The notes under the pieces were generated by a model. It made no database searches and had not been told where the DNA came from. It saw only the letters and a program-made list of their open reading frames with translations. Positions 1 to 11,629 of a stretch of DNA of 64,000 nucleotides are shown piece after piece. The position numbers and the translations under genes were made by a program. Source of the DNA: Octopus sinensis (taxonomy: Eukaryota). The stretch spans positions 46,252,001 through 46,316,000 of the forward strand of contig NC_043012.1 in NCBI RefSeq assembly GCF_006345805.1. Direction: 5' to 3'. Within the stretch, counting starts at the first letter, position 1; the number at the start of each line of letters is the position of its first letter.

Positions 1-696
1 CATTGCTGATACATAAAGATACATTGTATATAGAGTCATATGGGGAAATTAGTGATTGACAATAATGGTAACAAGAGATTTTAAATATATAGATGCATAT
101 AACGCATATATGTCGCTATATCTTGTTGTATCGCAATATATTTGAAATAAGACTCGCTCCGCTGCTAATGAGTATATTTATTACTGGATATTACCATGCC
201 TCGAGATCGTATTAATATATCTTCAATTCTGTCTTCACATATACGAAACAAGTTTAGCTTTGTATACAGACAGAAGTATTAGGTTATGTTCACACACATA
301 CAAGTTAATTTAGTTAAAATAGAGGTATGATGAATAACTTTTGCAGTTCCTGGTAGGTGACTTGGGAAGATTGAGGGTTATGTTATTTCTTAAAAGTTGA
401 TATAATTGTCTGTAAGTAGTTTAATATTAAATACTAAAGAAAATAAGGGCGGACATATATTGGATAAGCTTGGATTAAAGTTTTTTCAAAGAATAGATTA
501 CACATTAAGTTCTTCCAAATCGTAATGTAACTTAAATTATATCAAACACATTTTGATTCAAAGAACTTTCATTTTTTGTAAAGTACATGGGTGATGTTGT
601 TCTTAACTAAAGTAAAAATGACTGTGTTCGTTTTGTTAATATATTTGATTGGTCAACATCTTTCATTGTAAATACAACTGATTGTCCATAAAGCAT

Positions 697-880
697 CTGA
701 CTGGCAGAATCGTTAGCATGCCGGACTAAATGCTTAGCGGCATTTTGTACGTCTTTACGTTCCGAGTTTGAATGCCTGTGAGGTCAACTTTGCTTTTCCT
801 CCTTTCAGAGTTGATAACGTAAGTACCAATTGAATACGAGGGTCAAATACTAATCAACTTGTGCCAAAATATGAAACCAA
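697..880 (+). mobile_element. tRNA-derived SINE, family A, diverged copy
   Basis: ctggcagaatcgttagcatgccggactaaatgcttagcggcatt...aagtacc...gtgccaaaatatgaaacc aligns by eye with copies at 21225, 27042 and 46120. Confidence 0.75.
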
Positions 881-2137
881 CATAATTGTTTGTATGTTTG
901 ATTGTAGCCTAAATATTAGTACGTGTGTAATAAATGTAATAATCTCCAATAACTTTAAAGTATATTGTTCTTGCCTACATACTTTTGGATATGAAGTGAA
1001 CATTGAAGATATTGCTGGACAATTGATATGAAAATCATTAGCAATAAACTTAAATTACAATAGTGAAAGTTTTCCTCAAAGTTTATTACTAAAAGTGATG
1101 AGGCAGTAATAATATTGGGGCTAGTATTTGAGGAATTTTAAAATAATCACAGCATGGTCATGGTATATCATTTGGTCAAAGCAAATATTTCATGCATTTC
1201 CCTCTTAATTCCTGTTTTACTTATATTTGGGTTCAAATTTATTTCAGAAGTTGTAGGGAGATTTGATGTAAATGTTTTTAATATAATTTTCAATCTTATC
1301 GCATATTGAACCGTCTTATACAAAAGGCAAGAACACAAGAACATATTTTTAGACATTGTGATGTATTTCGTATAGTTTGAGATGATGTGCAACTTGAGTT
1401 AATCGACTCTGTGTCCTTGATTGTTAATTGATATAACAGACAACGGTAAAGAAAAGAAAATTACAACGTTAACTTCGCGGAAATTTGAAGGTATGGTAAC
1501 TGGGAGATGCTGTTGGTTACCTCTAAGCAATGACGCAATTCAAACTTCTGTAACTAGAAGCCAATTGATGACATTTGATGCATCTATGGCCTTACACACA
1601 GGTGCGATTGGATCTACAGACATCACGGATCCCTCTAGTTTCTCATTTAGAAATATTCTGGATCTTATTTAAGCGAATATATAAATGGCTTTTACTGGAG
1701 TATGTATTGCAACTAGGTTTTCTGTTCGAAAGACCATTCAGAATATTCCTTTGTCACCCACTATAGGAGAAGTTCGTGGTGGTTTTTGTTCTTGCGGGGA
1801 TCATAGGATAGAATTTGTATTTCAGCATAGAATCCATTCAAAGCCTATGACCACCAAAGGTCTCGTCAGCGCTAAAGATACGCTAGAGGCACTAGTTTTG
1901 TCACCTGATGCTGCAATGAGATTTACCTCATCTAAATATAGGGTTTACAGATTGTTTGTATTGTAAATAATATTTGCAATTGATTAGCGACGTGAAAAGA
2001 ATGCATAAAATATGAATAGAGAAAGGCATGTTTCTTGTACTGGTATAAGGACTTTCAGTTTTGAGAAGTTTGATAGTGATAAAACTGGCCATAGCACTTG
2101 GAGCTAAAAAATATGAAGATGGCTACGGCGACGTCAA

Positions 2138-2265
2138 CGACGACGACGAAGAAGAAGAAGAAGAAGAAGAAGAAGAAGAAGAAGAAGAAGAAGAAGAAGA
2201 AGAAGAAGAAGAAGAAGAAGAAGAAGAAGAAGAAGAAGAAGAAGAAGAAGAAGAAGAAGAAGAAA
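2138..2265 (+). repeat. (GAC)n followed by (GAA)n microsatellite
   Basis: Direct reading; explains the poly-E and poly-F ORFs in the track. Confidence 0.97.
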
Positions 2266-2309
2266 CAGTAGAGATGACCATAAATCATTAGGGGTAAACA
2301 ACAGTCATC

Positions 2310-2985
2310 ATGTAACAAGCCAGTTTTAATTCAAAGCATGATAGGATATTAAATTGGAGGAATATTTCTCACAACAATGTATAAACAAGAACCGAACTGG
2401 TCAAAGAACGAGAATATCAGTTCTGAACGGAATGAAAAGGAAAACATCTTGTAAAGTAGTAAAGAAGCTGAACGAGTTGTTAACCGTCAATGTTGAGAAC
2501 GCAAAGATCTGAACGATGTTATATACTGTAATGCCTCTCATGTTATGGGGATTATTGAGATCAAATGTCAAGGAAAATGGGAAAATGAGACAAATGCTGG
2601 AAATGGAGACTTGAGAATCCAGTTCAAAGCTCAATAAAGATCTTCTAAGGATAATTTCAACAATTGAAAAAATGCTGGCGAAAGAAAAGAAAGGAACGAA
2701 CTGCAAAGCAAGTAGAACATAAGACAAAGCAGATTACAGGTAGTTAGGGAAGAGGTAAAAAAAATTTAAGGCGATATCACGTATAGAACAAAACAGATAC
2801 CAACAAAGAATAAATAAAGATCAGCAGAACAGGCTCTTCAGAAAGGATGAAAGGACATTTTAGCAATAGGTGAATGAAGAAAATGAACACCAGCGGAATT
2901 AAGCGGCGAATGTTGAAGCAGCAAGGAAAGATAAAGAATATTTGATCATATACTTGGGACCAAAAGTTCACCGTAATCAAAATAA
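2310..2985 (+). mobile_element. Decayed N-terminal fragment of an R4/Dong-like non-LTR retrotransposon ORF
   Basis: Conceptual translation RYQQRINKDQQNRLFRKDERTF resembles the pre-RT RYxxRxxQYxQNRLFxxxQxxFY motif of R4-clade elements; many stops and frameshifts. Confidence 0.5.
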
Positions 2986-3799
2986 AATGGATAAAAATAA
3001 AAGAGATAAAGAAAAAAAAAAGAAAATTTGAATATTACACATGGAACAACGAAAAATCTTTAAGATAATGCCAACTTGGTAAGCCTCTAGACCAGATTAT
3101 ATTCACGGAATTTGACCAACAAAAAGCAAAAACAAAATCAAAACAGACTCAAGCGTGCGAAGCTGTATATATCCTTTTTTTTCTTTTTTTCTTTTTTATT
3201 GAATGCATAGAAAATGAAACACAAGGCAAGTAAGGACAAAGAAACAATGTTGTGAATCAGTTATTATTATTATCATGTAACAAGCTTTCTGATACTCCAG
3301 AAATTATTATATTGCATCAGAGCAAATAAACTGCATAGCTTTCTGGACAAGCAGTATCTATATACAATGCAGCAAAAAAAGGATGCTGAAAAACGTCGAG
3401 AAGAACTACTGACCCGTTGCATATCGATAACATCATATTAAGTGAGGCACCAATAAGAAATACGATATTGGCTTTTGACCGAATACAAGAATGATTAGGG
3501 TAAAGCCTAAATTATTTGCTCTTAAAGTGCATGAGGTCATTCGGTGTTAATAACAAGATGAAATTTTTTGTCGGTAATGCGATCATGGTAAAGATAATTA
3601 AAATGTGGAAATGAATCATGTGAAAGCTTGTAGAATTTTATTACAGATTAGAGGGTGCCTCACTGATGTTTTATCATTTTGCCATGTGGATCATCTTTGA
3701 ATACGTGACAGTATCCCCATTACAAATATGAGAGTTCTGCGGCGATGTTTAACATGCAATAAAAAAATATAGGCATTAGATACTTCTGGGCTTTCTTTT

Positions 3800-4130
3800 G
3801 GTATGTCATAATATCAGGAGATGGCTGAGATATTTCCTGGTTTCGAAGAGGTGGGGCTTGTCTTTTAAATGCAGCCCTAAAATTGTTAAGGAGGTGCTTT
3901 CACGAGGAAGGATCCATAGTGGGAATGAAATCCAATACTTGGAGCTGGTCTGGGAGTTTTATTTGAATGATACTTTTGTTTGGTGGTTGTGTGGTGTGAT
4001 AAATTTTCTCTTGAATGGTTTAGTATTTGAGGTATTTTGCTGTTAAAAAGACAAGGTTACGTGGGAGAATGTGTTTGTGATTTTCATTCATGGAATCAAA
4101 GTAGAAATGGTGTGTGGTTGGGAGGTCTAG
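3800..4130 (-). mobile_element. Possible heavily decayed Penelope-like RT fragment
   Basis: Minus-strand peptides HHFYFDS and KYWISFPLW...HL...PHLFET loosely follow PLE RT motif order (F.F....Y.Q; RYIDDIF.IW; HP.IKFT). Weak. Confidence 0.3.
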
Positions 4131-4859
4131 GGATAAATAAGGATCGAAACATCTCTATGAGAATATTTCCCCTTTTAGTATGTGTATAAACAATGAAACA
4201 ACCCAACTTTTGCGATATTTCACATTACAAACTCAGTATGTAATAACTAAGTAACAGATTCTCTGTCTCTACAATCACTCTTGTAAAAGTTGATGGTCCC
4301 CGAAGCTGCTTATGTTCATGCTAGCTTTATTCAGAAATAACTTAGCTTTCTCTTATCACCCTGGTTAAGTGAAACCTTACAGGCCCTACACTAATGAATA
4401 CTTCAACTCTCTTCTTCATCGGAACTACACCTCTCCAGAATTATTTCTTTCTTCCTATCTATCATGTATGTGATTATTTCTAAAAATGTCTAAGAAGTAG
4501 ATTATCATTCAGGCTACTTTGGGAAGCAGTGACATTTCTATAGATCCAGAAACTAAAGAAGAATATCAATAAACCTAAGAATACCATCGTGCATAATACA
4601 AGACTATTTATTATAAGCACTAGATACTAAAGAATCAATCGGATGTGCATAAACATATATACATACCTACAAGCGAAATTGTCTGGAATATGGAATTGTC
4701 TAAGAACGTGTGTCCAAGAGCAATATAATAATGTTCCTGGCTACATTCCAACTTGAGTGAAGATCCTCTGTGTTTCTTTGTGGAGCATGATCGAAAATGA
4801 CATTGCACATCTATTATATACATTGTTATTTTATATATAACAACAAAACTGTGACAAGA

Positions 4860-5255
4860 AAGCATGTATATAGAGATGCACGCGTCCATACACGTGCAGT
4901 TCTGTTGTATTCACGTATGTTATACGCACAAGAGCGCACGTGTATGTATATGTATATACGCACATAATTGTATGTATTTATACGTATATGCGTGTTTAAT
5001 TTTCTCTACGATCACCACCATCTCTTTCTTTTTTTCTTTTCCTATAGCCCTTTCTTCAATAATATTTCGATACTTTCTTACGTTATTAATATAGTTACTA
5101 GATTCTTTTTTCTCTTTTTCCTTGCTCTTTTTCTTATTTTTTCACTCTGGAGACCACACATGAGTATGTGTGTGTATATATATATATATATTGTTTATAT
5201 CTATCTGTCTGTACATATGGACACGTATATATGTATGTACGCGTATGTGTTGACA

Positions 5256-5325
<70 letters not shown>

Positions 5326-5620
5326 TGATGGTATATGTAGATATGTAGAAATGTGTGTATGCATGTATACACGTTAATGTATATGCATATGTATGTGTGT
5401 AACTGCCCACGTATGTGTGTATCCGTATACATATATAATGGTATATGTATACTTAAGATATGTGTATGCATTTATGTATACGTGTGTGTGCGTATATACA
5501 TATGTGTGTGTATGTGTTTATATATGTATATATGTGTTTGCTTATGTGCATATGCATGTATATAATTTTCGTGTAAATATATAGTTATAGATTTGTATGT
5601 TTGTATGTTTATACGTAACA
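4860..5620. repeat. (TA)n/(TG)n-rich low-complexity tract
   Basis: Direct reading; source of many YI/CV ORFs. Confidence 0.9.
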
Positions 5621-5714
5621 AAAAATGGTTAATGAATTTTAAACGGAGGAACTCTTCACTCCATGGCTTTTAAATTTATAAAACGAAATTATGCCTGTAG
5701 CACAGGATTTATGA

Positions 5715-5822
5715 CAGACAAACCGTAGACAGGAACTTCGCTGCGAGCTAGCTAGGAAGTTGATCAGCAGCGAAAGTGACTTCCGGTGAGAGAATAACAA
5801 CAAAAGAATGTCAGCAGTGAGT
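5715..5822 (+). promoter_or_regulatory. Candidate promoter or first exon ending in a splice donor
   Basis: Locally CpG-rich unique sequence, ETS-like ACTTCCGG at 5779-5786, ATG TCA GCA (5808-5816) directly followed by GTGAGT (5817-5822). Confidence 0.25.
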
Positions 5823-6374
5823 GTTAAACGAATCTGAATGAATTAAACAGAAATAGCTGGCAACTTCAGCCCCGATGTACGTAAAGTAATAAGCTTTTGA
5901 TAAATGTATTCGCGTCTCTACTACTTTGCTAGTAGCTTAACAAAGCTATACGCCTCTTTTATTTATTTATTTATTTATTTATCATTAGCTAATCTCTTCT
6001 GGACGTGTATTACTCCCTTCTGCATTAAAGGTTTGTTTCCATATTATACAATACGATATTCTACCGATCAATTTATACACCGCCGACCAGCCCAACCGTT
6101 TGCGAATACAACACCGTTTATGTTTTCAAAGTAAATTATTCAGTCAAAATCAAATATCTATATATTAAATCATATATTACATGTACAATCAGGGTTTTAT
6201 TCAATGTTTGATCACAACTGTCCGATGTATGGGAACATGAAACTCTGAGTGACAGATTTTGCAATTGTAATAAAAAAGAATACTAGTCTATCTACGGTAT
6301 TCGAGTACTATTTTTTCCCAACTTGTTCACACGCACGCACGCATGTACACACACACAGACACGCTCACACACGC

Positions 6375-6426
<52 letters not shown>

Positions 6427-6452
6427 ATATATATGTATATATGTATATATAC

Positions 6453-6617
6453 AGGGACAGGAGTGGCTGTGTGGTAAGTAGCTTGCTTACCAACCATATA
6501 GTTGTGGGTTCAGTTTCACTGCGTGGCACCTTGGGCGAGTGTCTTCTACAATAGCCTCGGGCCAACGAAAAGTCTGCTTAATGGATTTGGTAGATGATAA
6601 CTGAAAGACACCTGACG

Positions 6618-6683
<66 letters not shown>

Positions 6684-6839
6684 TAAAAAGGGTAAGAAAA
6701 CAAGAGAAAGAAAGAGACCTCAATATTATGTAAATAAAGAAATTTATATGTAAATATATGTGACAATTATTCGGTAGCCAAGATAAAACTCAGAGTTTTA
6801 TCTTGGCTACCGAATAATTTTCACATATTATATTTACAG

Positions 6840-6905
<66 letters not shown>

Positions 6906-7000
6906 ATGTGGGGGGGTGTCTGTGTTTGTCCCCCCCCCATCGTTTGACCACCAATGTTGATATTTTTACGTCCCCGTAACTTAGCGGTTCGGCACAATGT
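6453..7000 (+). mobile_element. tRNA-derived SINE, family B, interrupted by (TA)n and a PLE-type hairpin
   Basis: ggagtggctgtgtggtaagtagcttgcttaccaacc...ggatttggtagat...actgaaag head at 6453-6618; 3' part tttgtccccccc...tacgtccccgtaacttagcggttcggca at about 6890-7000; homologous to 35700, 47725, 55752, 57895. Confidence 0.8.
6749..6838. repeat. Near-perfect palindrome (about 43-bp arms, 1-nt centre)
   Basis: gtgacaattattcggtagccaagataaaactc-a-gagttttatcttggctaccgaataattttcac; one mismatch and a short indel in the arms. Confidence 0.92.
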
Positions 7001-7645
7001 ATGCACTTAGTCCTGTTGAGTTAGCCTTCTTCTTATTTCCGAAGCTCGATAGGTGTGCATTATATGTGAGAATCATTTGGTTCTAAGCGTATGATTTCGT
7101 CTGGTTATACGTGCGGACGTCACATTGGTAAACTACGTTATTTGTCTTGCATCTATTTGAGAAATAGTACTTTGTTCTATCCCTACAGCCGCTTAAATAA
7201 TTAGGTGTATCTACGTCCGTGTTGTATCGTGGAGGGCAATTATTATTCAGGTCTGTACCTAAGTTAGCAGGAGGCGTTGCGTTAGTGGGGGGCTTAGTTC
7301 TATTATTTGGTTGGTTATTATTTTTATTGTTCACAATCTTTCTATTTTCATAGATTTTGTCAAGTCTTTTATTATTCATTGATGCTATTATTGTGGTTAA
7401 GTTATTCGTCAGATCGTGGCCTATTCTCATTTTATTCCTAAATAATTCCGTGTATTTATTATTAACGTCTACGTGTTTGTTTATGATTTTCATTTATGAG
7501 CGAACTGCATGGTGTAGGCGATTACAAGCCAGATAATAACACTATTTTGTTTATTTTTTGTCTTGTTTTTCCTATTATAGTTTCCCATTGTTATTATATC
7601 TATTTTGTTCTCCTATATAACCTAAACTACAGTTTACCAACCGAT
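7000..7645 (-). mobile_element. Penelope-like element fragment (linker + GIY-YIG endonuclease), decayed
   Basis: ORF 7083-7493: ..CRDRTKYYFSNRCKTNNVVYQCDVRTYNQTKSY, continuing past a stop as NAHLSSF..NSTGLSAYI; upstream VIIWL; same family style as ORF 30169-31530. Confidence 0.75.
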
Positions 7646-10600
7646 CATGCCCCCATGACCCCGGACCACGAGGGGAGAATAAAGGATCAAATAGGGACGG
7701 AAAAAAAACGAAATGGACTTGGACCGGAAATGAACAATGAGAAAGGAAACGGTATAGGAATGGTTGATGAGGAGTTCAGCTGCTGCGGAAAGGTGTTTGC
7801 TAGTTATATCGGGCTGAGAATCCACCAAGGGAAGGTGTGTCAGAAGAAAGTAATTCAACAACGCAGGTTGATAAACCATAAGACGTGTGGCCAGAACCCC
7901 CTGGAAAATAACCATAGCGAGGTTCATTCCACAGTTGAATTGGAACATTCAAAAAGACTGATAGGCGTGAAGAGGACAAAGATTAAGTGGCCGAAAGCAA
8001 ATGACGCAGCGAGTTATAAAAAATTTGACAACGAGGTAGCAAGAATGACCACCAAATTCAAAGGCGACGACGAAACTTAGCTCGAAAACCTGGCTAATAC
8101 AATCTACCAGGAAGGAGAGAAAAGATTTGGACTGGAAACAACAGGGAAGGTAGAATCAACGGCAAAGAGCGGACCATCGAAGAGAGAAAGACGGATCGCA
8201 AAGATTCGAGAAGAGAAGAAAAAACTCAGAACCAGATGGAGGGATGCAAATGAAGAGGAAAGAGAAGGGCTAAAGCAGCTATATGAAGAGATAAAAAAAG
8301 AGGCATCGAGATCTGCTAAGAAAACGAAGAAGGAAGAGCAGAAGAAAGGAGAGAGAAAAAACTATCGTAGCTTTGTGAACAATCCCTATCAATATGCGAA
8401 GCATTTATTTACTGAAAGTAAAAGCGGAAAATTGGATTGCACGAAAGAAGAGCTCGAACAGCATCTGAAAAAGACATACAGCGACTCTGACAGAAACGAA
8501 GTACTCCCAGAAATGCACGGACTGAAGAAACCACCTGAACCAAGAGTACCATTTGAGTTGAGTCACATCAAACGGAAAGAAATGGATGAGTTCATAAGAA
8601 AAGCAAGAGCAAAAAGTTCACCAGGGAACGATGGAGTTAGCTACAAAGTATATAAATATTTCCCGAAATTACGCTTGCACCTGTTTACACTGATAAGAGA
8701 AATGTGGAAGAATAAAGATGTAGCGGAGCGATGGTGCATAGCTGAAGGTATCTATATACCTAAAGAAAAAGAGGCAAAAACACTAGGTCAATTTAGACCA
8801 ATTTCATTATTAAATACTGACGGGAAATTCATGTTTGGAATTATTGCTAGACGAATCATAAGATTCGTACAGCATAACGAGTACGTTAATGAAGCAGTCC
8901 CAAAACAGGAATCCCCGGAATCCCTGGATGCATAGAACACGTATTTGCCATCTGGGAAGCCTTCACCTGTGCAAAACAAATGAAGAAAAACATGTATATT
9001 GTTTGGCTAGATCTTGCCAATGCTTATGGATCTGTTCCGCACGCAATAATAAAAACAGCGATGGACATCTTTTGGATTCCAAAAGATATTCAACGAATGC
9101 TCATGTCGTACTACGACAACCTGAGGATGAGATTTACAGCACGAAAGTTCACAACGGAGTGGCAACGGCTTGAAATAGATATTGCAGCGGGATGCATGAT
9201 ATCAGTCATCATATTCGTGCTAGTCATGGAAACGTTACTTAGATCTACAAACTGTGAGAAAGCCGTTACAAAGACATCATTAAGGGCTTTTATGGACTAC
9301 GTAACTATATTATCGGAAAGTAGAGAAGCAGCAGAGGGAACGTTAGAGAGGTTGGACGAACTGATAGGATGAGCAAGGATGAAATTCAAAGCCAAAAAAT
9401 CTCGAAGTGTGGCTTTCGTGAAAGGAAGGCAAGAAGAAATGAAATTCAGGATAGGAGGTGAAGACATACCAACGGTGAAAGAACAACCAGTAAAGAGTCT
9501 CGGCAGATGGTATAGAGATTTATTAAATGATAAGAAGCAAGGGAAAGAAACACACGAGTTAGTAGAACAAGGATTAAAGGCAATTGACAGAACAACCCTG
9601 CCGGGAAAATTCAAATGTTCGATACTGGAATTTGGGCTGTACCCAAGAATAATGTGGTCATTGCAAATGCACGAAATAACCTTGGGTAGAGTAGAAAGGA
9701 TGGAACAAAGATGCAGTGTGTTTATCAGAATATGGCTTGGTCTGACGAAACCACTTAATACAACTGCACTATATGAAAAACCCATGCTACAACTACCAAT
9801 AACATCAATCGCCGAAGAATATAAAGTAGAAAAGGCAAGGACAGTAATGATGCTAAGGTATTCAAAAGATCAGAGCATCCGGGAAAACCCTCCAAAGGTA
9901 CGAACAGGGAGGTGATGGAAGGCGGAAGAGGCAGTAAACAGGGCGATCGGAAAACTAAGGCACGCAGATATAGTCGGAGCGACGTAAGAAGCAAGAACCG
10001 GCCTAGGGTCGCAAAATTTCAGGCCATTTTGCAAGAGCAGTATAAAAGAGATGAAAGAGGCAGTGCTATACGAAGTGAGAAAGGAGGAAGAAGAAAGGCA
10101 AAATGTACATTTGGTGCAATGCAGTCAACAGGGAATACGTGATCAGCCGCAGAATATCATGGAAGGAACTTTGGGCTTGGGAACAAGCAAGAACATCCTT
10201 CCTGATCAAGTCTACCTTGGATGTTCTACCCTCACCGGTGAACTTAGTCCGGTGGAACATAAAAACAACCGAAGAGTGTAGATGCGGAGAGAAAGCGACG
10301 GTTAGACATGTTCTGTCAAATTGCAGACTAGCACAAGAAAGATGTACATAGCGGCATAATCAAGTCCTCGGCGTCATAAGCGCAGCACTTAAGGAGAAGA
10401 TCGAGATGTACAATAGGGGCGAGTACCCATAAGTAGAAAACGCAGGAAAGTATACTTCCACAAGGAGGGAAAATGATATAAAACCAGGCCTACAAGTAAA
10501 GTATACGAGATAGACGAAAGATGGAAGGGATACTGGGAGGTGGCCACAGACTTGGAAGGACAGGTAATATTTCCACTAATAAAAACAACAAAAAGACCAG

Positions 10601-11400
10601 ATTTAGTCATAAGGAACAGAGACCGGGGAATACGAATTTTACTAGAACTGACAGTACCTTGGGAAGAGAACATCGGCAATGCAAAGGAACGAAAGAAGAG
10701 GTACGAAAAGCTAATCGAAGAATGCAGAGAACAGAGATGGAATGTCTAATATTATCACCTGGCAGTGGGGGCCAGAGGCTTCATTGAAAGGAAAACGACA
10801 ACGCTTTTCAAAAGAAGATTTGTTTTTTTCTAGCTCCGAGCTGCGAAAACTAATAAGGAGAGTACATGAGGCGGTCGAAAAAGCCTGGTTCTATATATGG
10901 CTGAAGTGGGAAGACCGAAAATGGCTTGAAAGTCATAACATGCCAGCGGGAAATAACATCATTAGGTGAGACAAGCTGACACTGAATCAACTTCGCAGAC
11001 TGACAGGTGACGGTCATTTAGAGAATGCGCGGGCTAAAATTACGCGCCTTCACTAGTCAGTTAAGGTGAGACAGTGACACGTGACTACTTGCGGGGGTTG
11101 CCTGCTGTAGCCTCCGGCAGGTATTTGAAGGGAAGATTTTGACAAGTCAGTTAGTCACCGGCTGAAACTCCCTGACGATACATCGAAGAGGCCAGGGAAC
11201 AGAAGAAAGAAGAAAGAAGACATGCACCCAACACCAGAGCTGAAGACTCCTCCGAAAGGGGGCGGGGACGCCACGTCAAAACGGTAGAGGAGTAGGGGCC
11301 GAAAACGGACGTGGTTCCTCCTGATGATGTCTTGAGCTAACTGTATCCTATAAAGGAGCTGTTGTGGTGGCAGACCACGAAACACGGTTGTAATTCCTCC
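7645..11400 (+). mobile_element. HERO-type non-LTR retrotransposon (zinc finger - RT - CCHC - restriction-like endonuclease), near full length, inactivated
   Basis: N-terminal CGKVFASYIGLRIHQGKVC zinc finger, IKWPKAND, NPYQYAKHLF, RT motifs FRPISLLN, WLDLANAYGSVPH, AAGCMISVIIF, RAFMD; CCHC-like CRCGEKATVRHVLSNC; REL RPDLVI..LLELTVPWEENI..RKKKRYEKL; structured 3' UTR to about 11400. Confidence 0.85.
7655..10915 (+). pseudogene. Disrupted RT/REL polyprotein ORF of the HERO-type element
   Basis: Consecutive ORF-track fragments 7496-8080, 8375-8935, 8980-9372, 9379-9915, 10103-10351, 10521-10787 cover the domains in order, broken by several stops (e.g. TAG 8078, TGA 9370) and frameshifts. Confidence 0.85.
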
Positions 11401-11629
11401 AAACTTACGAAAGTATGTACCTACCCAGGTAATAACCAGGAGCGACTTTGGATTTAGTTATCTCTTAGAGGAATTAAACCCCTCTAACTGATACCTACAC
11501 AACATACGTCTATGTATTTATATGCAGTATGTATATGTGTATATATATGTATACATGTGTGCGTTTTTGTGTGTCTGTGTGCATGTACATATATACATAT
11601 GTGTATATGTATCTCTCTATATATAAAAC

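Noticed and set aside
347-352. Possible 6-nt microexon (ttttgcAG-TTCCTG-GTAGGT)
   Set aside because: Such short matches occur by chance in 64 kb; no supporting context.
3660-3790. Possible Helitron Rep remnant (LLHVK...NG.T) on the minus strand
   Set aside because: Too short and frameshifted to distinguish from chance.
4860-5620. Numerous YI/CV/HT-rich ORFs here and at 12441, 18075, 33491, 34791, 50074, 54550 and similar
   Set aside because: They are translations of (TA)n/(CA)n microsatellites, which lack stop codons; not genes.
11246-11314. HDV-like ribozyme assignment for the pseudoknot
   Set aside because: P1/P2 order fits, but the 9 nt between P2a and P1b cannot form P3/L3/P1.1, and it lies at a 3' rather than 5' end.
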